From Nymphaea colorata (Eukaryota): a DNA stretch of 64,000 nucleotides. The DNA lies in contig NC_045138.2 in NCBI RefSeq assembly GCF_008831285.2, positions 17,794,001 through 17,858,000 of the forward strand, written 5' to 3'. A program made the translations under genes and the position numbers. Below the pieces are notes generated by a model. It was not told the DNA's origin, searched no databases, and saw only the letters and a list, made by a program, of their open reading frames with translations. Positions 40,534-51,423 of this stretch are shown piece by piece; the first letter of the stretch is position 1; each line of letters begins with the position of its first letter.

Positions 40534-43500
40534 ATGGCGTCCATGGCAGCCTTCCTCGCTAGTTCTCCGGCCGTTTCCTACCGGAGTCAGGGTGCCAGCT
40601 ACCGGACGACGACCACCCAGTTCACCAAATCGATCAGTTTTAGTGCCGCTGTCGACTTTTCTCCAAAGGTCCTCCGAAGAAGGCGGGAATGCTGCTCGGT
40701 TCGATGCGGTCTGATCGAGCCGGACGGCGGGCGCCTCGTCGACCTCGTCGTCCCCGAGTCCCGGAGGGACGAGAAGCGCCGTAAGGCCTTCGCGTTACCG
40801 AGGATCAATCTCTCGAGGATTGACCTCGAGTGGGCTCACGTCCTCAGCGAGGGCTGGGCCAGCCCACTCGCCGGATTCATGCGGCAATCCGAGTTCCTCC
40901 AAACGCTTCATTTCAATTCAGTGCGGCTCACCGACGGTTCGCTCGTGAACATGTCGGTGCCAATCGTCCTCGCCGTCGACGACGGGCAGAAGGAGGCGAT
41001 TGGGGCGTCAAAGAGCGTCGCGCTCTTCGACCCCGCCGGCCTTAATCCGATCGCCATCCTCAACGAGTAAGTAGGTTTCTACTATCTGGGTGTTTATCAG
41101 ACAGTCTTTTTTCTTTTCTGGATTTCCATTTTTGGGCTTTCTTTGTTTGGTTGAGTGGTTCATTTTTTTAAGTGGTTGTTGAAGTGGAACGCAATTGCGT
41201 CTGTCTTGTTCATCAATTTGGTGGATCTTAGTGTTATTTTAATACATTCAGCATGCTGTAATGGAATCAATCCTTTGCTTTTGTGAATAAATAACTGACC
41301 TCTTTTTTTATTTTATTGCCACTGAGCTCTACCCATTGAACAGTCTTCTACTCTGATATGATTATGCTTTAGATGGCAATGCACTTTAATGGTGCACTAT
41401 ATATGCCTTCTTTTGTCGTGAGCTCTATTTGTAACAAGAAATTTCTATTGGTTTAAGTTGTTTGGCAGATTCAAACTTGGTCGTTGCTTGTCCTTTCACC
41501 AACCTTTTTTAGATATAGATCTTTCTACACAACTTGGGCCTCTATATATCACCAGGGTTTGAGTATATCTGATATTTTGTGAGTATCATGAGACTTAATA
41601 CTATGGGCGTGGGTTGATTCATGTGAACTATGAACATTTAGAACAATTCCATTTTGATGAACGTACTGGTGAAATCTGTTTTTTTTTGGTCGTTCAGCTC
41701 TCTCAATTACAATTAAGTTGTTTATGTTTTATGAACTTGGTAGGTTTGGTTGTTATTTCAGCCGGATGTAATTCATCTTGAACGGTTTATTCATAAATTG
41801 CTAATGTGATCTCATTGGTTGAAGACGAAACTGCAGTTTGGAAAGTTTGATCTACGATTGGTATTATACAGAAACATGATGTAGCTACTTCTAAGTTCTA
41901 ACCAGTAATTGTATACCACTTGGTTAGTGCCAGTGTTTCAAGTGGTGGTTTCACATCAATCTATAATCGCCAGGTGGTTTGATTCTACTACGTTGTCTTG
42001 ATGAATGTGATCCTCTCTGATTTTTCAAGTTTTTTTTTCCAATTTAGGTGGTTATTGTAAGAGAATATACTACATAGAGTTATTTTCTTGACTAAAAGAC
42101 TTTTATAGTTTCTATTTTCTTTCACGTCAGCATGTTAAATTGTTTACAACCGTAATGCTGTTGATGAAATCTACATTGATCTTGCTTTTGCTTTGTTCAG
42201 GTGGGAGCTTTTAGACTAAGATAATCAATCTTAGGTTGAAATGGCTTCTGTTAAAATGAGTCCTTTTTGAGCCTTCTAATCTTTTCCTTCATTTTCATAG
42301 TCATCTGCCTGCAATTTTGTACAACATGGAAGCTGCCAGTGCTTCTGCATATGCGTTTGTTCCTGTATCTGCATTCACAAACCTTTTATCTTTGATGACA
42401 TTCTTCAATTGCTGTTTGATGGTTTAGCTTCGACGGTGCTTTCATGAGGTCCAGCATGGACTGCTTAGTGAGAACCTATGTCACACGGACGCGGCTAAAG
42501 AGGCCGCGTGCCCGTGTCGACTCGCCGACACGGGACTCGGCTAGGACACGGCAAAAAATAAAAAATAAAAATTTAATGTTTTTTTTTCATTTTATCAATT
42601 TTTTGTGATGCATCCAATTATTTCCATGAACAATCCTTTCAAATATTCAGTACTTTTGTGATAAAAGACATTTTCTCACAAGATTGTAAGAGTGAACTAT
42701 TAATTTTTTTTTTTTTAATCTTATCATTTTTTAGAATATTTAATGTAGCCGTGTCCGCGTATCCAAAAATTTTGAAAACTGCCGTATCTGCACCCGTATC
42801 CCCGTATCCGCACCCATATCGCATCCGCACCCGTGTGACATAGGTGAGAACATAGATACAATGTATTCTTTTTTTTATTTATTTAAGAGTACACGATCAT
42901 ATGTTCTCCATGGTTTTTTATGCAAATCTGATGCTTGTTTTCAGAATGCCATGTGTGTCATTTTGGGTCTTGCTAGATGGCTTTGGAGTTAGATATATTT
43001 GCAGTGGTTATTCAAGGATTACATGTTTGGCCATTAGTGATAACCTTATATGCCTTTCTGGATACTGCTGTTTCCTATGTCCTGAAATTGCTGAACCCAG
43101 CTTAGTATAGATACAGTAAATTGTATAAGAACAATGCATAAGCATGACTCTGATCTTGCTTGCATTGGATTTTATTGTGATTGATTTGTGTTTGGGAGGT
43201 GGATGGCATGACCTATCTATTTTCCTTGTTTATTGTTGGTAATCATTAGAGACGATTCTTTCTCCAGATTGTGGCTTGCCTAGCTGTAGATGCCACAGAG
43301 ATTTTGTAGCCTATTGGCTATTATGTTTATGACTACAACTTTTCTTGTTTTCTTGATTTTTTTTTTCTCAAAGTGCAAATAACTGAACTAAATGAATACC
43401 TGCAACATTAGAGAGTTGTTTTGTTAGTGCCTCTCTTATTGCCAGTCTAAATTCTTAGCAAAGTGGTGTTTAGGTGAATAACAAACTGTTCATTTGCACT

Positions 43501-44920
43501 ATTATGTATTTAAAGATTCTGAGCGGTTTATTTCCATTTCAGTAACTATGGATTTTCATTGCATTGATGTGTTCAGCATTGAGATTTTCAAACACAACAA
43601 AGAAGAGCGAATTGCTAGAACATGGGGAACCACTGCCCCTGGGCTGCCTTATGTAGAGGAGGCAATCACCAATGCTGGAAACTGGCTTGTAGGTGGAGAC
43701 CTAGAGGTGATCGAGCCAATCAAATACAATGATGGGCTTGACCAGTATAGGCTGTCTCCTGCACAACTGCGTGATGAATTCAGCAAGCGAAATGCAGATG
43801 CGGTCTTTGCGTTCCAGCTTAGGAACCCTATTCACAATGGTCATGCACTACTGATGACTGACACTCGCAAACGCCTTTTGGAGATGGGCTATAAGAATCC
43901 AGTGTTGCTTCTTCATCCGTTGGGAGGTTACACAAAAGCAGATGATGTTCCTCTTAGTTGGAGAATGAAGCAACATGAAAAGGTTACTTTTGTTTCTGGT
44001 TCCAAGAACCAAAATCTTCATTTGGCATATGGAATTTTACCAAAACTTTTCTTGTGTTTAGGTTCTTGAGGATGGTGTTCTAGACCCAGAGACAACTGTC
44101 GTGGCAATTTTCCCTTCTCCCATGCATTATGCTGGTCCAACTGAGGTGCAGTGGCATGCCAAGGCCCGCATAAATGCAGGTGCCAACTTTTACATTGTTG
44201 GAAGAGATCCAGCTGGCATGGGCCATCCTATTGAAAAAAGGGATCTCTATGATGCTGATCATGGGAAAATGGTATTAAGCATGGCACCTGGGCTTGAGAG
44301 ACTCAACATACTGCCATTTAGGGTATGCATTTCAACTTATTTACCTCTAAAATTTCTATTTATTCTCATATTAATGGCATCATATTTGTAAATATAGGTT
44401 GCTGCATATGACAAGACACAACATAAAATGGCTTTCTTTGATCCTTCAAGACCACAGGATTTTCTGTTCATCTCAGGAACAAAGGTAACCTTGTTGTTTA
44501 AGTTGGTAACCACATGGTTATTGGTCATTTTTGGCAATTGGCAAGCTGCTTGGCACACTTATTCCAACTTAAAATCATGTCCTTGGTATGAGAGTGAAGA
44601 CTTAAAAAGGCTATTATAGATCTCCTGATTTGAAATCTTAAGTATTTCGAGCAGGTTAAGTAGTTGAGATTGTGTTGCCACTATCGTCTTTGATTTTCAA
44701 CTCAAGTGATTAGAACTTTAGAAATGTTGTAGGACTTATTTATGAACTTGTTGGCTGAAGTAGCTTTGAAATTTCACAGATGCGGACACTTGCAAAAAAT
44801 CGAGAGAATCCACCCGACGGATTCATGTGCCCAGGTGGCTGGAAGGTTCTGGTTGAGTACTATGAAAGTCTTGCTCCTACAGGTAGCAGCAGCAAAACTC
44901 GTGAACCTGTTCCTGTTTGA
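40534..44920 (+). CDS. APS: ATP sulfurylase (sulfate adenylyltransferase), plastid-targeted, APS1/3/4 type
   Basis: Exons 40534-41066, 43577-43982, 44062-44322, 44398-44484 and 44780-44920. Transit-peptide-like [10 protein letters not shown]...SVRC, then [70 protein letters not shown] and GFMCPGGW. Confidence 0.97.
40891..40911 (+). promoter_or_regulatory. miR395 target site in APS exon 1
   Basis: GAGTTCCTCCAAACGCTTCAT pairs with canonical miR395 (CUGAAGUGUUUGGGGGAACUC) with a mismatch at position 1 and G:U wobbles at positions 7 and 14. Confidence 0.9.
42476..42843. mobile_element. hAT-family MITE in APS intron 1
   Basis: Perfect 13-bp TIR CTATGTCACACGG / CCGTGTGACATAG. Perfect 8-bp TSD GTGAGAAC at 42468-42475 and 42844-42851. 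Confidence 0.93.
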
Positions 44921-47900
44921 TATCAAGTTTGCTGTTGGAACATATCTGTGGAACTTCTTTGTATAATGTCATCAGAACTATGCATTCTCGTAACAAGCTC
45001 AAGCTAGCACCTTGGGCAACAATTGACAGGCCGGCATTGTGATGCTTGTGTTTGTAAAATAGTTTGCTGCCATGGAACCTTAATAGGCAATAGCATTTGG
45101 AACTGAAGCAACTGAACAGTATGATGCTTCTTGTTCTCGATGGTTGTCTGTGGCTACAATTCCCTGCTTCGTGTAGGGTTTATCACTTGTACTAATAAGA
45201 CTGGCCATTGTTGGTTATTTATCTATTTGGTGTGCTTATAATTTCTTCTCTTCCTCGCACCCCTGTTTCCAAGTGAAAACCACACCCAAGACATGAGACT
45301 CAGTTGCACTCCTGGGGTCATGAAACCCCATGGATAGCACCTTTCCCTTCAAGGCCTATACCTCCACATGCTTCAGAGAGGTGGTGTCCATGGGATTTGA
45401 ATTTTGATTGTTTTGCTAAACGGTTCAAAAAGGCCAACCCACTAACCAAACCTACTGGCGGTCATACTGCCCAGCTGTTCTAAATGCATGCCACAAGGTT
45501 TAGGTGGTCTCAGTGATGCCTTCTTCGAGTTGTAGGATATATAAAGCTGTGATGTCCAGGATATATATTCAATGTAATAAGACCAAAACAGGAGGTTAAC
45601 AACCCATTACCTGGAAAAGAAGCTCAAAAGCCTCCCCATTCTTCTTTCTCCTGGGGATATGGGATGTTGTATTTCCGAAACAATATTTGGCTGACATGAA
45701 TGCTGAAAAAAAGCTATTTTTCTTATTTTTCTTATTTTTGTATTGTTAATTATGTAAAAATAAAAAAAGGGAAAGTAGGTCAATAACAGCAAAGCTGTAT
45801 GGGGTCCATGCTAATATTCAAGACCTTGAGTTAGAGATGTTGAAGCAACAAAGGGCTCCAACTATTTTCTCGCAATTAATAAAAATTGTGTGGCTGTGAT
45901 AAAATGAAAATATACAAGCAAGCCCTATGTGTTTGTTGTCGAAAAGATGCTAAACTAAATCGTGCTAAGCCTCTTTAAATTGACAAGTGTTCCATGGTCA
46001 TCCAAACGCTCCTGTTGGTTAAATTGTTGCACATTAATGTTTACTAAGATCTTTTATTCTGGAGATTATATTTTTTGCTGTATTGTCAACATAATTGCAA
46101 TGGTTCTTGCTTACGCAAATGCTTTTATAGATCTATTCTTTTTTCTTTCAAGTTTTTTTTAGGAAAACCAAAAGAAATTGGAGTATCTCAAGGTTTCCTG
46201 TTGCCAAGATCTTGTTAAGGGAGAGACACCCTAAAGAGTCTGAAACCCCTCTCTTTCCTCTGCCCTTAGGGCCGGATTGCTTGGGGACTTGGGTGTACTT
46301 ACAGTTGTTTTATTCAATTGGAAAGTAGCGCTTGCCATCGTTTGTGTCCAGATGAGTAGTGCTTCCGGGCATGGCCAGCTACTCTGCATCCCTCGAGGTG
46401 CCAAAATTTTGTCTCAGGCCGTCTTCATAAGAAAGGGGTGCCTGTCACTCAGCAACATGAATCATCGACCATTCGAATTATGCCATGATCAATAAACTGT
46501 TTCCGATCTTTAGAACATGCTATACTCTTAAAAACTTCGACCGGAAAATTTGATTATGTATTGAAGGGATGCCATTGTTGTAAAGTTGTCATATACACTA
46601 TTTTATTTAGTTACAAAACATTTTAAAACTTTTTATTATCTGTAGTTATCTATTACATTTTTCCTTTTATTTATTTCAAATAACATTTGTTGCTGACTTA
46701 TTCGATTCAACAGAAACACTGAATTGGCAGCCTGGCCTATTCGATTCAATTTCAGACTTAGATAACGTTGCCAATATCGTGTTGTAAGCATGAAATAATG
46801 CAATCAATGTACTCGATCAGCAATCTTTTAAAACAGTGCCCCTTAGCTAAAAAAATTCTGGCTCTGCGGCTGCACGATTCTTATCTTTGACAAAGTCATA
46901 CCTACCTCTTCCTTAGTTGGTGGATGCCAATCCTCCATAAATTTGTCGACTTCAATGACAATGGCACAACTACCCATTGAGAATAAAGAAACCACAAGGC
47001 TATTGTAGTTGCATCCAGATATTTTGCATACAAGATAAACTCATTTGGTCAAGTAGATGATTATGGTAAGCTGCTAATGACGATTAAGGTAACAGAAAGA
47101 TCAATTGCTCTTAACAGGACAAAAACTAGAGAAGTATCTCTTAATCTCAAAAGGCAGAAATAAATGTATCAATTGCCAACCGAGAAGCGGTTGCAGTTTG
47201 ACTTAAGAGTCGTAGACTCATGTTTTTTGGGATTTGTCTTCTATTGATTTTGTTTGGACCTTAATGTTATACATAACGAAAGAATCTATTATCTATATAG
47301 TAAGATCCAGATCCTGTATAGTTGGATCCAGATAGACTCAGATCTGTACAAGTAGACAAAAATTTAAATAATCCACTTTTTCTCTATCTAAAATGTGGTA
47401 GGATTAATTTCTAAGACAGAGTTATTGACTATTTAATTTGAAAAAATTTCAGCTATCAGTGTTTCTTTCTCGTATTTTGTTCAGTTATTAAAATTTGAGC
47501 CTTTTCATTTCGAGGGACTATTTTTCCTCTCAGTAGTATGCTATGGATACTAAAAATCCTGTTCACTCCGTCAGTCAAACATAAATTTGAAATAAAAACG
47601 CACATATTTATTAAGACAAGCAGCTGCCATGTTTCCTCAGAATCGTTCACTTGCGTGCAGCATTAAAGGGCGTCCATCGTGTCGGGGCAGATGAAAGCTC
47701 TGATCTTCATGCACGACAATGCAGTCAGTGCCTTTAATTTTCTGATCTGGGTGGGGAATGCAAGTTAATGGAGTTATATCTCTTCACATGCGGAGATGGG
47801 TATCTCGCCAGAGATGCTGATCAGGCCTTACATGAACAGCACTTGATCAGCAGACACTCATTTGGCCCAGCGGTCTGCTGTGGAGGCAGCCATTGATGGG

Positions 47901-49022
47901 GCTGCACCTCGAGCAGTTGGCATAAAGATTCACAATGATCATGACGACGACTTACTGATTTTGACATATAGATTGATGATGATGAGGGTGATGGATTGGT
48001 GTATCTTTTGAGGTTCCTTTATGTATATGGGTCACTGACAGCAACCATGGTTGGTAGTTTCTGCAGAGTTAGCAGGGGGGTTGTTGAGTTGGTTGCAGCA
48101 TACGCTGTCAGGGTCCAACTATACTGCTTTTGCGAGGACCCATGGTTGCAACAAATAAACGATGTGAGGTAGAGCTCGGTTCATTCAGACTCCATACTTG
48201 GACTTGTCCAAACACCCGATTGAGCTAAGTTATAGAAGGTTCGAGTGAACCAGTTGAGCGCACATCAGTTTGATCAGCTCGCTCGAGTTAGTAAATGAGC
48301 CAAGTTGCAGAAGAAACTTGATCATTTAGCAGGGGGAGGATACCCTGAAGAGGCTGAAGCCTCTCCAGCTTTCCCTTGCCTATGGGGTTGAGGGCTTGCT
48401 TCAAGATTTAGGTAGGGAACGGTACATTCATTTAAAAGTGTCGCACTGTTCGCAAAACCATATACAGTACATGTGAAATGTACATAATTTATGCTTTACA
48501 TATGCATTTACGAATGCATCCCGTTGCAAACAAAGCAGAAATTAGATGCCCGATTGGACGACACTGTGCAAAGTCCCAAGAACTTTATATTGATATAGAA
48601 AACATGGAGAATTAAGTAAAGTTTTGAGCTTGAGTACGAATACATACTGGAAAATTGGAATTCTTGTCTTCAAATATCTTAGTTTAAGCACGTCTTTTTC
48701 CTGTCAATCATAATTGAAGTGAATATTCTTGGTAAAGGGACCAGAATGAGTAACTTATATTGGTAGATTTGAAAGGAGAAAAAAAATCACCACAAGTTTT
48801 AGTAAGCATATAGAAGTTTAAATAAGTCCGTTGGATCTAGAAGTAATGTGGATTTCTGAGAACCAATCAGAGCAGACTGATGCAGCCAGCAGCAAAAATA
48901 GCTTTTGAGAAAAAGAAGTAACAGCCAGCCATTTAGACTATGGAGTTCCTTCCTGTGGGAACTATGAGCTATGGGGCGACCACATAGTTGTCAGTCTCTC
49001 TCTCTCTCGCTTTCTTCTCTGC

Positions 49023-50615
49023 ATGAAAATTCTGAACAGAATCCACGCCCAATTGATCGTTTCAGGCGTCTTCAATGCAGCCAACACCTTCAGCTTCAAC
49101 AACTTGATTGCCTCCTACTCTCGCTCTGGTGCTCCGCGTCATGTCTTTTCTCTTTACGTTCTCATGCTTAAGTGCCGTTGCACACCCAACAACCACACGT
49201 ACCCTTCTCTGCTCAGGGCCTCTTCCTCCCTCTCTCCATTTCACGCATTCCTACTCCATGCCCACATCGTCAAATTCGTCGGACTTCGGCCCGACGCCTT
49301 CGTTCTTGCGGCCCTCATCGATGCGTACGCGAGGATGCTCCAGTTACCCGCCGCCCGCCAAGTGTTTGATGATATGCCTATGAGAGATGTGGTCGTCTGG
49401 AACTCCATGATTGCTGGGTATTCACGCTGTGGTATGTCTCTCGAGGCTTTTCTGCTCTTTAGGGAGATGCAAGCTTGTGGAGTGACGCCAAATGAGATTA
49501 CCATGGTAGCTGTGCTGGATGGTTGTGCTCATTTAGGTGCGCTTTGTTATGGTAGATGGGTCCATGCTTACCTGAAGAAGAAGGGCATCAGATTCAATTG
49601 CTATGTGCATACTGCGCTGATTGACATGTATGCGAAATGTGGCAACCTGTACAATGCTTGTGAAGTTTTCAACGAAATGACTGTGAGGGACACTCTTGCT
49701 TTCAATTCGATGATTGGGGGGTTTGCAATGCATGGGTATGGGAGGCGAGCTTTGGAGATGTTTGAGAGAATGAAACATGATGGTGTTAAGCCTGACGATG
49801 TTACTTTCATTGCTTTGCTTTCTGCCTGCGCCCATGCCGGGTTGGTTGATGAGGGACGCGTGCACTTCAGGTTGTTGAGGGAGACATATAGAATTGAACC
49901 AAAACTTGAGCACTATGGCTGCATGGTTGATCTTCTTGGCCGAGCTGGGTTTCTGAAAGAAGCACATCAACTCATTGAGCGCATGCCCATGAAGCCAAGT
50001 GCAATCTTATGGAGGTCGTTATTGTCTTCATGTAGGACCCATAGCAACATTGAACTGGGGCAGGTTTCAATCGGGCATCTGATGGAATTGGACCCTCAGG
50101 AGAGTGGGAATTATGTCCTCCTTTCTAACATCTATGCAGCGTATAATAGATGGGATGATGTCCGAAGAGTAAGGAAAGTTATGAAGGATAGAGAGATAAA
50201 CAAGTTGCCTGGATGTAGCATTCTTGAATTGGATGGTGTCTTGCATGAATTTATGATGGCTGATCGTACACACCCTCGAGCAGAAGAGATATACTCAATG
50301 CTCGAGGAAATTGATAGACAACTTCATTTAGTAGGGTACAAGCCTGCCACGAAGGATGTATTATTTGATATTTCTGAAGAAGACAAAGAAGATGCTCTGT
50401 CATATCACAGTGAAAGACTGGCAATTGCTTTTGCTCTCATTGCATCTGATGCAGAAACATCAATTCGAATTGTAAAAACACTTCGAGTTTGCGTTGATTG
50501 TCATATTGCTACAAAGTTCATATCTTCTATTTACAAGCGAGAAATCATTGTTAGGGACCGCAGTCGGTTCCATCATATCAAAAGAGGGGTTTGTTCTTGT
50601 AATGATTATTGGTAG
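49023..50615 (+). CDS. PLS-class pentatricopeptide repeat protein with E1/E2/DYW domains (candidate organellar C-to-U editing factor)
   Basis: Intronless 530-aa ORF with PLS motifs (DVVVWNSMIAGY, PNEITMVAVL, TALIDMYAKCG, PDDVTFIALLSACAHAG, HYGCMVDLLGRAG), a PG box (KLPGCS), HSERLA...CVDC zinc ligands and terminal DYW. Confidence 0.95.
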   Translation: MKILNRIHAQLIVSGVFNAANTFSFNNLIASYSRSGAPRHVFSLYVLMLKCRCTPNNHTYPSLLRASSSLSPFHAFLLHAHIVKFVGLRPDAFVLAALIDAYARMLQLPAARQVFDDMPMRDVVVWNSMIAGYSRCGMSLEAFLLFREMQACGVTPNEITMVAVLDGCAHLGALCYGRWVHAYLKKKGIRFNCYVHTALIDMYAKCGNLYNACEVFNEMTVRDTLAFNSMIGGFAMHGYGRRALEMFERMKHDGVKPDDVTFIALLSACAHAGLVDEGRVHFRLLRETYRIEPKLEHYGCMVDLLGRAGFLKEAHQLIERMPMKPSAILWRSLLSSCRTHSNIELGQVSIGHLMELDPQESGNYVLLSNIYAAYNRWDDVRRVRKVMKDREINKLPGCSILELDGVLHEFMMADRTHPRAEEIYSMLEEIDRQLHLVGYKPATKDVLFDISEEDKEDALSYHSERLAIAFALIASDAETSIRIVKTLRVCVDCHIATKFISSIYKREIIVRDRSRFHHIKRGVCSCNDYW

Positions 50616-51167
50616 CAGCTTCTCATTGAGCAATCACTTTCTACTACTAATTGCTAGCCTCTGCAAAGATCTATTTTCAGTTTTTTTTTCAAGAAGCATT
50701 CTCTTGTTTGGATGATTCATACCTTTTCGGCATATCTCTAGCAGATTTAGCTAGTATATAGAGTGATTGCACAGCTACAGCTTTAGCATCTTCAGATCTC
50801 ACATGGTCGTTGTTACTTTTCCAATAAGAATCAGTCATTACGTTGATTTCTAAAACTATGAGGCCCATAAATTTCCTTAAAACTCAGGAATCATCAATTC
50901 GTTACTCACAGCTGAACAATGTTGTAAATGTCTGGCATCACATTGTTAATTTTGTTCCTAAAAGATTTGAGGGCACTTTAGCTGTTGTTGGGGAGTTGCA
51001 TTAGGATTTCAGCATTTTCCTGTCTTGTTTAATGGATGGTTGTGGCAATTTTTCGTATGTAATCAGGAGTTTTCTTCGTAATATGTTTGTGCTGAATCTC
51101 ATTTCAGAAGTTATTCCCTTATGGAGAATAAGGAAAACAGTTAGGAATATCTATTGCCATGGTCTGT

Positions 51168-51423
51168 TGTAGGAACGAGGCCCCCCTCTCTCTCTTGCTT
51201 ATGACACTAAGAGAAGAAAATGAAGACGAGAAAGAAGAAGATACAAGGATTTTTACGTGGTTTGAAGACAGGTTCTCCTACGTCCATGATTGCATACGAT
51301 TTTTTTCACTGGCACAGAAAGATCAAGAATACAAGAAACCAGGCAAACCCGCACAAGGCAAAATTAATAACTGCAGAAATTAGGGAAGCTTATTAAGCAT
51401 AGATCAGCCTCCACACTCCAACA
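51168..51423. mobile_element. Solo LTR (probably Copia-type)
   Basis: TGTAG...CAACA termini, 256 bp, flanked by the perfect 5-bp direct repeat TCTGT (51163-51167 and 51424-51428). No internal domain or second LTR nearby. Confidence 0.8.

Noticed and set aside
21834..44920. LPXB-YUC-APS as a biosynthetic gene cluster
   Set aside because: The enzymes belong to unrelated pathways and probably different compartments. Adjacency alone is not evidence.
48035..48150. Possible hairpin GCAACCATGG ... CCATGGTTGC
   Set aside because: The match is only 10 bp and is built on a self-palindrome; pairing does not extend.
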